Assembly: GCA_963674755.2 (NCBI GenBank)
Contig: CAXXVS010000003.1
Location: 768,001-832,000, forward strand
Reading direction: 5' to 3'
Source of the DNA: Desulfobacterales bacterium
GTDB taxonomy: Bacteria; Desulfobacterota; Desulfobacteria; Desulfobacterales; UBA5852
Length of the DNA: 64,000 bases
Shown: piece by piece, positions 40,059 to 50,895 of the stretch
Numbering within the stretch: the first letter of the stretch is position 1
How the letters are laid out: every line of letters begins with the position of its first letter
The notes under the pieces: generated by a model
What the model saw: only the letters and a program-made list of their open reading frames with translations
Database searches by the model: none
What the model was told of the DNA's origin: nothing
Made by a program: the position numbers and the translations under genes

Positions 40059-42323
40059 ATGGGAATCAGCAGGGAAGTCGAAACCCAGTATAAGTTGCTC
40101 TGTACGACCATGATGGACGCCTTCGGGGCAGCGGACCTGACGGGCCGCGTCCTGGAAGCCAATCAGGTTCTTCTGGACCTTGTCGGGTATACACGCGAAG
40201 AATTGCTGGCCATGAGCCTTTTTGAGCTCACACCGCAAAAGTGGCATGCCCTCGAGAATCGGATTATCCGCGACCAGGTCCTGGTGCGGGGTTACTCCGA
40301 CGTATTCCGAAAGGAATACCTTCGCAAGGATGGCCGCATCGTGCCCGTTGAGTTGCGCATCGTCCTGACAAGAGACTCCGATGACAACCCGGTCGGCATG
40401 TGGGCCATTGTACGCGACATTACCGAGCGTTTCGCGAAGGAAGAACGCCTCAGGCGGTTTCAGCATTCGGTGGAATCGTCGCCGGACGCGGTGTTCTGGA
40501 TGAACGCGGAAGGCTGCTTCCCCTATGTCAATGCGCAGGCCTGCCGCTCCCTGGGATACAGCCGGGAAGAACTCATGCAGCTCCACCTGTGGGATATCGA
40601 CGCGGATTTTACGTGCGAGCAGTGGGAAACCCACTGGGAGAGGGTGGGCAAGGCCGGCGGTGCCCATCTCGAAAGAAGGCATCGGCGGAAAGACGGAACC
40701 ATATTTCCCGTGGAGATCTCCTCCAACCAGGTCATGCTAAACCGGCAAAGGCACCATGTTGCCTATGTCCGGGATATTACGCGGCGGAAGAAGACAGATG
40801 AAGAGCTCCGTTTTTTTAAACACGCCATTGACAATTCGCCCGAGGGCGTTTTCCTGCTGGCGCGGGACGGCGGCTTTATCTACGTGAATGATCAGGTCTG
40901 CCGCTCCCTGGGATACAGCCGGGAAGAGATCCTGGAGCTGCATTTATGGGACATCAATCCCACCTTCCCGCCTGAACGTTGGTCGGCGCATTGGGAAAAG
41001 ATGCGGACGGTTCCATCGCGCCTGGTCGAAACCGCTCACCATCGCAAGGATGGATCGGTTTTTCCCGTAGAGGTCATGACCTTCCGACTGCCCTTTGGTG
41101 ATGAGGAGCGCATCCTGGCTTTTGTACGTGATACCACGGAACGCTTGAAGGCGGATGCGGAGCGCGACCGGCTGGAAGCCCAGCTGCTGCAATCCCAGAA
41201 GCTGGAATCCGTCGGACGCCTGGCGGGCGGCGTGGCCCACGACTACAACAACATGCTCAGTGTCATTCTCGGGTATTCGGAACTCATGCGCGCCAAAGTG
41301 GGACCGGATGCCCCGTTTTTAAAAGAACTGGACCAGATTCAGCAGGCCGCCCAGCGCTCCAAAAACATTACGCAGCAGCTGCTGGCCTTTTCCCGCAAGC
41401 AGGTTTTCGAGCCTGTCATTCTGGATCTCAACGATCTTGTGCACCGGTTCGAAGGCCACCTGGCGCGACTTATCGGAGAGGATATCGAACTGCAATTTAT
41501 GCCTTGCACGGGTACCAGTAAAATCGAATTCGACCCGACGCAAATCGAGCAGATTCTCATGAACCTGGCGGTGAATGCCCGTGATGCCATGCCCGACGGC
41601 GGGAAGTTGACCATCGAAACAAGCCATATTGTATTGGATGAAGCCTATTGCCGGGAGCATGTGGGCTTCATCCCGGGCCGCTTCGTCAGGCTTTCGATCA
41701 GTGATAACGGTATCGGCATGGGTGCGGAGACCGTCAACCGGATCTTCGAGCCCTTCTTCACCACCAAGGACGTCGGCCAAGGTACCGGGCTCGGGCTGGC
41801 CATGGTCTACGGTATTGTGAAGCAGGGCGGCGGTTTTATCAACGTCTACAGCGAGCCCGGACAGGGAACGACTTTCAAGATCTACCTGCCCCGGACCACG
41901 GGCGAAGAGGGAGCACCGGCCGCAACGAAAGCCCCTCTCCCCGCAAGCGGATCGGAAACCATTTTATTGGTCGAGGACGACAAGATGGTCAGGGGCATGA
42001 CGGAAGCCGTTCTGAAACGGCTCGGCTATAAAGTCATATGCGCAGATGGTCCCGAGGAGGCCATCGAAATATTCAAACAAGCACAGGCCGTCATCGACCT
42101 GCTGGTAACGGATGTGGTCATGCCGAAAATGAACGGCCGGGAACTGCACGTCCGGCTGAAGGCCTTACGCCCGGACCTCAAAGCGCTTTTTATGTCCGGC
42201 TATACGACCAACGTGATCGTCCATCACGGGGTATTGGATAAAGGCGTGCACTTCATTTCCAAACCGTTCAGCATCAGCAAACTGACCGCCAAGATACGGG
42301 AAACCCTGGCGGCCGAGGGGTAA
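40059..42323 (+). CDS. Three-PAS hybrid histidine kinase
   Basis: PAS x3, AHDYNN, NARDAM, GTGLGL, REC. Confidence 0.92.
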   Translation: MGISREVETQYKLLCTTMMDAFGAADLTGRVLEANQVLLDLVGYTREELLAMSLFELTPQKWHALENRIIRDQVLVRGYSDVFRKEYLRKDGRIVPVELRIVLTRDSDDNPVGMWAIVRDITERFAKEERLRRFQHSVESSPDAVFWMNAEGCFPYVNAQACRSLGYSREELMQLHLWDIDADFTCEQWETHWERVGKAGGAHLERRHRRKDGTIFPVEISSNQVMLNRQRHHVAYVRDITRRKKTDEELRFFKHAIDNSPEGVFLLARDGGFIYVNDQVCRSLGYSREEILELHLWDINPTFPPERWSAHWEKMRTVPSRLVETAHHRKDGSVFPVEVMTFRLPFGDEERILAFVRDTTERLKADAERDRLEAQLLQSQKLESVGRLAGGVAHDYNNMLSVILGYSELMRAKVGPDAPFLKELDQIQQAAQRSKNITQQLLAFSRKQVFEPVILDLNDLVHRFEGHLARLIGEDIELQFMPCTGTSKIEFDPTQIEQILMNLAVNARDAMPDGGKLTIETSHIVLDEAYCREHVGFIPGRFVRLSISDNGIGMGAETVNRIFEPFFTTKDVGQGTGLGLAMVYGIVKQGGGFINVYSEPGQGTTFKIYLPRTTGEEGAPAATKAPLPASGSETILLVEDDKMVRGMTEAVLKRLGYKVICADGPEEAIEIFKQAQAVIDLLVTDVVMPKMNGRELHVRLKALRPDLKALFMSGYTTNVIVHHGVLDKGVHFISKPFSISKLTAKIRETLAAEG

Positions 42324-42371
42324 ACGCCCGCCCCAAAGGCCCTGGAGGGGGACTCCTTCCTATATGCAGGT

Positions 42372-43688
42372 TTACAAGTCAGAACGCGACAGATCGGCCG
42401 GTTCCTCTTGGGGGGCCAGCGGCAACCGGATCGTAAATGTGGTGCCCTGGTCCGGCGCACTTCGGACATCGATGCTTCCATCGTGGATTTCGATAATGCG
42501 GTAGGCGATGGACAAACCCAGGCCTGTTCCGTGGCCGACATCCCTGGTGGTGAAAAAGGGATTGAAGATATTGGGGAGGACGTCTTCCGGGATCCCGGCG
42601 CCATCATCGGCAATTTCTATATTGATGCGGTCATTTTCAAGATAGCACTTCACGATGACAGTGCCGCCGCCATCGATGGCCTGGACGGCGTTTATGAGCA
42701 GGCTCAGGAACATCTGAATCAATTGCTGGGAATCGGCGTGTAGCAATGGCACGTCGTCAAAGGCCTTGACGATGTGGCCGTTTTTACGCGCGATCTCGTC
42801 TTGTATCAGATTCAGCGCGGACTCGAGCAGTTCGTTCGGGTCGACCGGGTGCCGGTCGTCGTTGGCGGTATTGGCGAAGGTCATCAGGCTGGAAACGATG
42901 GATTTGATACGCTGCATGCCCTGTAAAGAATCCTCAATGACTTCCGGCAGTTCATTCCTCAGGTAGGCATAGTCCTCGTTTCTGACGACGTTGCAGACCT
43001 CCTCCTCTATGTTTTGGGCGGGGCAATGGTCTCCCGGCGACTCGCAGACGATGAGCTTTTCCAGTGCATCGATGAGGGTGAAGAATTCGAGGACATAGTC
43101 CCGCATGGTGCCCAGATTGCTCAAGACAAATCCGGCGGGGTTGTTGATCTCATGGGCCACACCGGCCGCCAGCTGGCCGATGCCCGCCAGTTTTTCCGCG
43201 CGGACAAGCTGCCCCTGTGTCTGCCTCAGCTGTTCCATCGCGGTCCGCAGGTCGTCAAAGGCCTGCTCGCGGTCCTCTACGTTGCGGCACAATTCGATTC
43301 CTGCGACAATTTCGCCCTGGTCGTTCCGCAATACCGAAGCGATGTTTTCAAAGCGGAAAGGGATTCCCTCTTTGGTGACCCCCACGCGTAAGGCCTTGGT
43401 CGCCTGGCCGGTCCGGTACGCCTCGATGATTGGGCAGCCGTCGCAGGCTGTATCGCGCTTTTCATATATGCTGTAACAATAGTCGCCGATATGTGATCCG
43501 AAATTGTCGATCATAAACTTGTTCTGATAAACGATGCGCATGCTCCGATCCTGTATGCTGAGCCCATCGCCCATTGAGGCCGTAATATTGTCCAGCATGC
43601 CGGGGGTGTTGGTCAGTAATTTCCTGACCGCCTTAAAAGAGTCATCAAATTGGGGTGTACCCGGCGAATTTTCAGTCTTTTTTCCCAT
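42372..43688 (-). CDS. PAS sensor histidine kinase (NtrB-like)
   Basis: Cys-containing PAS, AHEINNP, GTGLGL. Confidence 0.9.
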   Translation of the reverse strand: MGKKTENSPGTPQFDDSFKAVRKLLTNTPGMLDNITASMGDGLSIQDRSMRIVYQNKFMIDNFGSHIGDYCYSIYEKRDTACDGCPIIEAYRTGQATKALRVGVTKEGIPFRFENIASVLRNDQGEIVAGIELCRNVEDREQAFDDLRTAMEQLRQTQGQLVRAEKLAGIGQLAAGVAHEINNPAGFVLSNLGTMRDYVLEFFTLIDALEKLIVCESPGDHCPAQNIEEEVCNVVRNEDYAYLRNELPEVIEDSLQGMQRIKSIVSSLMTFANTANDDRHPVDPNELLESALNLIQDEIARKNGHIVKAFDDVPLLHADSQQLIQMFLSLLINAVQAIDGGGTVIVKCYLENDRINIEIADDGAGIPEDVLPNIFNPFFTTRDVGHGTGLGLSIAYRIIEIHDGSIDVRSAPDQGTTFTIRLPLAPQEEPADLSRSDL

Positions 43689-44047
43689 GGTTCTGCCCTC
43701 GGTTTACCGATTATGAAAGGACACGGATTCATATTTCGCGAGCGGTCTATCCCATCTATCGGCCTTCTTTAAAAAACCTCAAGGCATGGTTTTCCGAAAA
43801 TTCCGGGCAGGACCATATTCCGATGGGAGGCTTCCCCCGGATGCTATTGAAAACGCCATATTTCTAGGATGTTATTGTGGTGCGAATAAATGGGGAGGCG
43901 TTTTTGAAAAACGGGGTTATTCAGGCTGTATCATGGTGTTAGCCTCTCATGGGGCAAAGCATCGTCGTGATGCGTTCCACCGAATTGGTTGGCGGGTGGA
44001 ATCCACTTCCTGGCGCACCGCTCGAACGCATCGCCCTCAAGGCCGGG

Positions 44048-45724
44048 TTATGGGAACGGGCGGTTGTGGGTGGCCAGCAGATCGTTGTGGCTTACAATGC
44101 CGACCAGCCGGCGCGGGTTCACTTTATCCACCACCAGCAGGTGGGTTTCCTGGGGATGGTCGGCCAGGGCGCGCACGGCCGTTTTGACGGTATCTTCCGG
44201 GGTCAGGGACAGAAAGGCATCGGTGGCAAGCTCGGCCGCCACCACCAGATCCCGCAGGCAGGGATCGAACACCGTGCCGGTGATATCGGCGTATTTGATG
44301 ACCCCCACCAGCTCGTTGCGATCGTTGACCACCGGCATCCGGTCATAGCGGGAATGGCTGAGGGCCCTCACCACCTCGTTGAAAGGGGCCCGGTGGGAGA
44401 GGGCCGGCACATGGCGCCGCATGATGTGGGCGACGTGAAGATCTTCCGGCAATTGGCCGCCGCCCGCCAGCGGTGAAATGCCCAGCGCTTTCCGGAACTG
44501 GTTGATCACCAGGCGCAACCCGCCTGCGAAGCTGACCGGGCTGCGGTGTTCCAAGAGGTTCAACACGGTCACTTCGCCGGCATTGACCAGGGCCGCCCGG
44601 GTCAGCAGGGGCCCCACCAGTTCGAAAACCACCACCGAGGCCAGAATCACCGTCTGCAGCACCTGTCCCGGACCGGGCCATTGCGCGGCCAGGACATTGG
44701 CCAGCCCGATGGCCAGACCGGCCTGGGCCAGCATGGCCGGCCCGAGCCAGGTCTTCAGGGTGGTGCTCATACCGGCCGCCCGGGCCCCCAGGCGGCATCC
44801 GACCCATTTGCCGGTCGCCCGGGCCGCCACGTAGACCATCCCGATAAGGCCCATCCGGGTCAGGGCTTCGAGATGCAGTTCGGCGCCGGCCATGATGAAG
44901 AAAAACACATAGAACGGGTAATCGATGGCCGTGAGGTCCTGCAGGATCTGGTCCTCCCGGGCCCCGGCATTCACGGCAAGGGTACCGGCCACCAATACCG
45001 CCAGCATGGCGGACAGCTCGAAGTGCGAGGCCAGGCCGGTGGTCAGGGCGACGGCCCCCAGCACGAGCATCTGCCGCTCGACCTTTCGGGTCAGACGCTG
45101 GTCCATGACGGCGATGAAAAGACCTGTGAGCCCTCCCAGACCGAAGGGTGCCAAGATGCGAACCGCGGTTGCCGGCAGGGACGGGGCCCTGGACAGCCCG
45201 TAGTGCTCCAGCAGGATAAAGGCGATGATCGCGATCAGATTGTTGATCCCGATGAGGGGAAGGGCGGTGTCGGTCAGGGCCCCCTCCGAGCGGTACTCCC
45301 GCATCACCATCTGGGTGGCGGCCGGGGCGGTGGTGGTCGCGATTACGGCCAGGAAGCCGGCTTCCAGCGGCGAAGCCCCCATCCAAAAGGTGCCGAAGCC
45401 GGCCAGAAGCGCGCTGGCGCCCATTTCGAGGGCGCTGATGCGAAACAGTTTCGATCCGATTTTACGGATGGCCTGGAACCGGAAACTGCCACCGATGGTA
45501 AAGACGATGAGCCCCAGGATGATATCATGCAGCGCGGTCAGGGAGGCGAGCTGGGTCTGGGTGATGACGGCGGGCAGGTGCAGGAGCCGGCCCATGGATG
45601 GTCCGGCCAGCAGACCGACGACCAAATAGCCGGTCACCCGGGGGATGCCCATGGCGGCGCTCACCCGGCCGGCGCCGATGGCCAGCAAATAGAGAACCCC
45701 TATGGTGAACAGCGTGGGCATCAT
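44048..45724 (-). CDS. Cation:proton antiporter with C-terminal CBS pair
   Basis: About 12 TM, TAPAAT, QAGLAIGLA; two CBS domains. Confidence 0.85.
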   Translation of the reverse strand: MMPTLFTIGVLYLLAIGAGRVSAAMGIPRVTGYLVVGLLAGPSMGRLLHLPAVITQTQLASLTALHDIILGLIVFTIGGSFRFQAIRKIGSKLFRISALEMGASALLAGFGTFWMGASPLEAGFLAVIATTTAPAATQMVMREYRSEGALTDTALPLIGINNLIAIIAFILLEHYGLSRAPSLPATAVRILAPFGLGGLTGLFIAVMDQRLTRKVERQMLVLGAVALTTGLASHFELSAMLAVLVAGTLAVNAGAREDQILQDLTAIDYPFYVFFFIMAGAELHLEALTRMGLIGMVYVAARATGKWVGCRLGARAAGMSTTLKTWLGPAMLAQAGLAIGLANVLAAQWPGPGQVLQTVILASVVVFELVGPLLTRAALVNAGEVTVLNLLEHRSPVSFAGGLRLVINQFRKALGISPLAGGGQLPEDLHVAHIMRRHVPALSHRAPFNEVVRALSHSRYDRMPVVNDRNELVGVIKYADITGTVFDPCLRDLVVAAELATDAFLSLTPEDTVKTAVRALADHPQETHLLVVDKVNPRRLVGIVSHNDLLATHNRPFP

Positions 45725-45965
45725 ATGGATATCCGCCGCGCAAGGAATTAATGCTCAAGCAAAGCCCTGCTGCCGGCTCGATGACGTCTTAAACGGGCCG
45801 GGACGTATAAAAATTAAGTAAATACATCAAATCGATCGATTTTTCCCGCTAAAACCGCTTTTGGAAGGGTGTTTTTCCATAGTTGGGCTTTGCCTACGGG
45901 TAACAAGGGCGGTAAGATACGGGACCTATTGTTATGTGACATGAGAATTCGCTATCCGAAGGAAG

Positions 45966-46262
45966 ATGAGGATGAACGCCGCAATATGCAAAAGCGATCT
46001 TAGAGAGCTGCCGAATATCGGTGCGGAAACCGCCAGGCTGCTTATTGAAGCCGGGATTCGTTCGGCAGAGGAATTGCGGCAGATGGGCGCGGTTGCCGCC
46101 GCGGCCCGGATCGGGGCGATACGACCGGATGATCCGCCCTGCCGCAGCATGCTGGCCGGTCTGGAAGGCGCCATCCGGGGCGTCCGTTGGCATATCATCC
46201 CCCAAGAGGAGCGCGAGGTCCTATGGCAGGCCTACCAGGCCTGTGCGGCAGGGGGCCCTTGA
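45966..46262 (+). CDS. TfoX/Sxy C-terminal domain protein
   Basis: LRELPNIG..L..AGI..L..GA; LEGAIRGVRW. Confidence 0.8.
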   Translation: MRMNAAICKSDLRELPNIGAETARLLIEAGIRSAEELRQMGAVAAAARIGAIRPDDPPCRSMLAGLEGAIRGVRWHIIPQEEREVLWQAYQACAAGGP

Positions 46263-46336
46263 CCGCCGAATCGAGCACCGACCTGATAGGCCAGGGCCGC
46301 GGCCGGGCATGCGGTCCATGTGAATGAGGGCCATTG

Positions 46337-46840
46337 ATGAAGATGTTCAGGAGCAGGCGTTTTTCCTATTTTTGCATGGCGCTACCCTTATGGCTGATGT
46401 CCTGTTGCGACGCACCCCTGGAGCAATACACGCCCCGCAATTCCGATGAAAAGCAAATCCTGGCGGTGCTCGTTCAATATCAGGATGCCAAGAACCGGTT
46501 GAACCTTGGAAGCTTGTTGCCCCTGCTGGACGAAAAGGGGGAATTTACGTTTCAATGCGGGATGATGGTGTCCAAAGCCAGATTAGAAGCGATGCTGCCA
46601 GCCTTCTGGGCCGAACTGAAGTCCGGCAATACGGCTGTCATTCCCCTCGTTCACGAATGTATCAACGGAGATTACTACACGACGGGCAGGCTTAATAACC
46701 TCCGCATCGCGATCCATGACGATCAGGCCCGGGCGACAGTTTTGTTTACCAAAGGCGTTTGCCGGGTGATGTTCTACGTGACGATGCGTCGCGCCGGCGC
46801 AGGATGGCTGATCACCCAAACGGAATGGGGCCAAAGCTGA
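46337..46840 (+). CDS. Lipoprotein, NTF2-like
   Basis: LMSCC lipobox-like signal; ..GWLI C-terminal strand. Confidence 0.55.
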   Translation: MKMFRSRRFSYFCMALPLWLMSCCDAPLEQYTPRNSDEKQILAVLVQYQDAKNRLNLGSLLPLLDEKGEFTFQCGMMVSKARLEAMLPAFWAELKSGNTAVIPLVHECINGDYYTTGRLNNLRIAIHDDQARATVLFTKGVCRVMFYVTMRRAGAGWLITQTEWGQS

Positions 46841-46850
46841 ACCGATGCAT

Positions 46851-47351
46851 ATGAAGGATCCCAGACTCTACATTCTTTCAGGTCTGCCCGGCACCGGCAA
46901 GACCACGATAGCCCGGCGGATGGCACGGCAGCTCAGGGCCATGCATTTGCGCATCGACACGATCGAACAAGGGCTGCGGGAGCTGTGCCGTTTGGAAGTT
47001 GCAGGCGAGGGCTACCGCCTGGCCTATCGCATTGCAAAGGACAACCTGCGCTTGGGGCTGAGCGTCATTGCGGATTCGGTCAATCCCTGGACGCTGACCC
47101 GGGAGGAGTGGCAGGTGGTGGCCCGCGATGTCGGTGCCGCCTTTGTCAATATCGAAATGATCTGCAGCGACAAGAGCGAACATCGCCGTCGCATCGAGGC
47201 GCGGGAATCCGATATCCCGGGTCTTGAGCTGCCCGCCTGGAAAGACGTCATCGGCAGGGATTACCACGAATGGGAAGCCGAGCGGGTCTGCCTGGATACG
47301 GCCGGCAAGTCCATCGAGGACGCTTTTAGCGAATTGCTGCGATTACTCTAA
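46851..47351 (+). CDS. AAA_33-type P-loop kinase
   Basis: SGLPGTGKTT, LRIDTIE, IADSVN. Confidence 0.85.
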   Translation: MKDPRLYILSGLPGTGKTTIARRMARQLRAMHLRIDTIEQGLRELCRLEVAGEGYRLAYRIAKDNLRLGLSVIADSVNPWTLTREEWQVVARDVGAAFVNIEMICSDKSEHRRRIEARESDIPGLELPAWKDVIGRDYHEWEAERVCLDTAGKSIEDAFSELLRLL

Positions 47352-47371
47352 CGAAATAGGAACGCATTCTT

Positions 47372-47611
47372 CCATTTTGGGGTAAAGGCATCATGACCCA
47401 AGCGGTTAAGCAGCCAACGGATTATGGAATTCGTGCGTTAAGGCTCCATCGGATTTACGCTGAGCCGTATGCTACCAACCATGCGTCCATGAGGGTATTG
47501 GAGAAAGCGGGTTTTCAATGCGAAGGCACCCTTCGCGCCAATGCGTTTAAGGACGGGCAAGTGTGCGATCAGTATCTTTACAGTACCATTGCAGAAAAGG
47601 GAAACGACTAA
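47372..47611 (+). pseudogene. 5'-truncated RimJ/RimL GNAT acetyltransferase
   Basis: PFWGKGIMT..N.ASMRVLEKAGF..EG; N-terminal half absent. Confidence 0.65.
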
Positions 47612-49219
47612 TTGGAATCCTCGAACGACAATCATGGATCTTCAAAGGGAACGACGCCTCTCCGCCCCGAGCTGGCGGAATTGCAACAGCGGCTGTCCTT
47701 TGGCATGGACGCCCAACGACCCGAGGCGGTGGCCCGTCGCCGGCGGAAAAGCCAGCGCACGGCACGGGAAAACCTGGCGGATCTTATGGATGAGGGCAGT
47801 TTCATCGAATACGGGGCGCTCACCATCGCGGCCCAGCGCAGCCGGCGGCCCGTGGAGGATCTCATCGCCAAAACGCCGGCGGACGGCCTGATCACGGGCA
47901 TCGGAACCGTCAACGCCTCGCATTTCGAGGAAAACGCGGCCCGCTGCATGGTCATGTCCTACGATTATACGGTGCTGGCCGGCACCCAGGGCTATTTCAA
48001 CCATAAGAAAATGGACCGGCTCCTGGGCCTGGCCAACGAGCAGCGTCTGCCCCTGGTCCTTTTGGCCGAGGGAGGTGGCGGACGGCCCGGGGATATCGAT
48101 GCCGAGGGGGTCGCGATTGCCGGCCTCGATTTGCCGACCTTCGGTCTGTTCGCCCGGCTGAGTGGCCGGGTTCCCCTGGTGGGCGTCGTGTCCGGTTATT
48201 GTTTTGCAGGGAATGCGGCCCTCCTGGGCTGCTGCGACGTGATTATCGCCACCCGCCATACCAACATCGGCATGGGCGGTCCGGTCATGATCGAGGGCGG
48301 GGGGCTGGGCAGCTTTGCACCGGAAGAAATCGGCCCCATCGATGTACAGTCCCACAACGGTGTGGTGGACATCACCGTGGAAGATGAAGCGGCGGCGGTG
48401 GCCGTCGCCAAGCAGTACCTCTCCTATTTCCAGGGGAATACGACGGAATGGAGCGCCGCGGATCAAATCCGGCTGCGCGATCTGATTCCCGAAAACCGGC
48501 GCCGGGCCTATGACGTCCGCCAAATCATCGAAACGATGGCCGACCGGAATTCGTTTCTCGAACTGCGGCCTGAATTCGGCCTGGGGATGATTACGGGACT
48601 GGTGCGGATCGAAGGGGTGCCTTTCGGCCTCATGGCCAACAATTGTCAGCACATGGCGGGCACCATCGAGGCCGACGACGGCGACAAGGCCGCCCATTTC
48701 ATGCAGCTTTGCAACGCCCACGGCCTGCCGCTGATCTCCCTCATCGACACTCCGGGGTTCATGGTTGGCCCGGAGATCGAACAGCAGGCGCAAGTGCGTC
48801 ATGTCTGCCGGATGTTCATCACCGGATCCCATCTGCGGGTGCCGGTGTTCAGCATCGTCCTGCGCCGCGGGTATGGCCTGGGGGCCATGGCCATGGCGCG
48901 CGGCGGGTTCCACGAATCCTTTTTCACCGCCGCCTGGCCGACCGGCGAGTTCGGCGGCATGGGGATCGAGGGCGCCGTCAAGGCGGGGTTCAAAAAGGAA
49001 CTGGCGGCCATCGAAGATCCGGCCGAGCGCGAAAAAGTCTACGAGGACATGGTGGCCCAGGGCTATGAGCGGGGCAAGGCCATCAACATGGCGTCCTACA
49101 TGGAGATCGATGCCGTCATCGATCCGGCCGACACCCGCCAGTGGATCCTGCGCGGCTGGCAAGCGCGTCCGCCCAAATCAGGTGAAGCAACATTTTTGCC
49201 GTTTGTGGACAGTTGGTAA
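47612..49219 (+). CDS. Acyl-CoA carboxylase carboxyltransferase-domain protein
   Basis: DYTVLAGTQG, EGGGGRPGD, FAGNA, DTPGFMVG. Confidence 0.88.
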   Translation: MESSNDNHGSSKGTTPLRPELAELQQRLSFGMDAQRPEAVARRRRKSQRTARENLADLMDEGSFIEYGALTIAAQRSRRPVEDLIAKTPADGLITGIGTVNASHFEENAARCMVMSYDYTVLAGTQGYFNHKKMDRLLGLANEQRLPLVLLAEGGGGRPGDIDAEGVAIAGLDLPTFGLFARLSGRVPLVGVVSGYCFAGNAALLGCCDVIIATRHTNIGMGGPVMIEGGGLGSFAPEEIGPIDVQSHNGVVDITVEDEAAAVAVAKQYLSYFQGNTTEWSAADQIRLRDLIPENRRRAYDVRQIIETMADRNSFLELRPEFGLGMITGLVRIEGVPFGLMANNCQHMAGTIEADDGDKAAHFMQLCNAHGLPLISLIDTPGFMVGPEIEQQAQVRHVCRMFITGSHLRVPVFSIVLRRGYGLGAMAMARGGFHESFFTAAWPTGEFGGMGIEGAVKAGFKKELAAIEDPAEREKVYEDMVAQGYERGKAINMASYMEIDAVIDPADTRQWILRGWQARPPKSGEATFLPFVDSW

Positions 49220-49220
49220 A

Positions 49221-49248
49221 TAGAAGCTGATCGTATGATCAGCTTCTA
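49221..49248. terminator. Perfect 12-bp stem hairpin
   Basis: TAGAAGCTGATC-GTAT-GATCAGCTTCTA right after the stop codon. Confidence 0.45.
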
Positions 49249-49418
49249 AAACGAATGACCTGCGGATGCTGACCGCGATTCATCGCTGGTTCGGCGCGCA
49301 GCTTTCCGAGCAGGGCGCCGATGCCCGCGCGGAGTAACCCGCACATCCCGGCAAGGTATCGCTGTCGCCGCGATTTCTGCAACCCTGATGAAAGGCCCAA
49401 TTTTTAGGAGATCCTTGC

Positions 49419-49835
49419 ATGGCATCGATTGCGCCAAGGCCGGACCAGCTTCAAGCGACGATCGTTAGCGTTCCCAAAGGAGTTCCGGTCGTCATGCTGA
49501 ATATGCTGAGGTTCAGGGAATTGGCAGCCTATCCTGATGGACGGCCAGCCATTTCAGGAAGAGCAGCCTATGCCAAATACAGCACCGAAGCTTCCAAACA
49601 GGTCGCGAAAGTCGGCGGAAGCCTTGTATGGATCGGGGACGCGCAGGGCTCCGTCATCGGGCCGCCGGATGAACAATGGGATCAAATTTTTCTGGTTCGC
49701 TATCCGTCCATCGAAATGTTCATCAGAATGATCAATAGCGCTGCCTATCAGGACATCGTCGTGCACCGCACGGCCGCCTTGAAGGATTCGCGCCTGATCG
49801 CGACCCTTGAAAAAGAAAATCCAAGCCCCCCTTAA
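49419..49835 (+). CDS. DUF1330-domain protein
   Basis: VMLNMLRFR..SGRAAY..WD...VRYPS..HRTAAL.DSRL. Confidence 0.8.
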   Translation: MASIAPRPDQLQATIVSVPKGVPVVMLNMLRFRELAAYPDGRPAISGRAAYAKYSTEASKQVAKVGGSLVWIGDAQGSVIGPPDEQWDQIFLVRYPSIEMFIRMINSAAYQDIVVHRTAALKDSRLIATLEKENPSPP

Positions 49836-49869
49836 TCACGATCGTCTGCAGGTCGCACGGCGGAGGCCG

Positions 49870-50895
49870 TCAGGCACCGGATTGAAAATCGACGACCAGT
49901 TTCCCGATGGTCGCGTGCGACTCCAACTGGGCATGGGCTTTTTTGAAATTGTCCGCAGTCAACCCAGACAAAACCTGGGTCACGGTGGGCTTCAAACGCC
50001 CCTGATCATACAGCTCGGCCAGTTCATTCAGGACATGGTGCTGGCGGATCATGTCCTCGGTTTGGAAGAGGGAGCGGGTATACATGAGCTCCCAGCTGAA
50101 AGAGACGCTTTTCTGGAAGAGCAGCGCCAGATTGACGTTCTTCTCGGACGGCACAATGCTGCAGATCCGGCCCTGGGGGGCGATCACCGCCCCCATGGCC
50201 TCCCAGTACTGATCCGTGCTCACAAAATTCAGGATATAATCCACGAGGGCATGTCCTCCCGCCCGCAGGTTCTCTTCGAGGCGGCGGTGGTCCACCACCC
50301 GGTCGGCGCCCAGTTGACGGCACCAGTCGGAAGATGCGGGGCGCGAGGCCGTGGCCACCACGGTCAGGGCGGTCAATTGTTTCAGCAATTGAATCGCCAT
50401 GGACCCGACGCCCCCGGCGCCGCCGATCACCAGAACGGTTTTGCCCCGCCCCTGCCCGGGCTTCAGCCCCAGCCGATCAAAAATGGCTTCCCAGGCCGTC
50501 AAGCCCGTGAGGGGCGCCGCCGCTGCTTCGGTAAAGGAAAGCGTGCGCGGTTTGCGGCCCACGATCCGGGCGTCGACCACCTGATATTCCGCGTTGCTGC
50601 CGGCGCGGTTGATATCCCCGGCGTAGAAAACCGCGTCGCCGGGACGGAAGAGCGTCACTTCTTCGCCGACCCGGGCCACGACCCCGGCCGCATCCCACCC
50701 CAATATTTTAGGGGATTCCAGTATCGTGTCAGGCGCACTTTGCTGCCGGACCTTGTAATCCACCGGGTTGACGGAGACCGCCTTGACCTGCACCAGGAGG
50801 TCTTGGGGGCCCGGGGTCGGTTGGGCGCATTCAAATTCGATAAAACTTTCCGAATCCTCGATGGGCAAAGAAGTTTTCAATCCAATCGCTTTCAT
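49870..50895 (-). CDS. Zinc-type alcohol dehydrogenase-like/quinone oxidoreductase protein
   Basis: SVNPVDYK, GWDAAG, GGAGGVG. Confidence 0.9.
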   Translation of the reverse strand: MKAIGLKTSLPIEDSESFIEFECAQPTPGPQDLLVQVKAVSVNPVDYKVRQQSAPDTILESPKILGWDAAGVVARVGEEVTLFRPGDAVFYAGDINRAGSNAEYQVVDARIVGRKPRTLSFTEAAAAPLTGLTAWEAIFDRLGLKPGQGRGKTVLVIGGAGGVGSMAIQLLKQLTALTVVATASRPASSDWCRQLGADRVVDHRRLEENLRAGGHALVDYILNFVSTDQYWEAMGAVIAPQGRICSIVPSEKNVNLALLFQKSVSFSWELMYTRSLFQTEDMIRQHHVLNELAELYDQGRLKPTVTQVLSGLTADNFKKAHAQLESHATIGKLVVDFQSGA

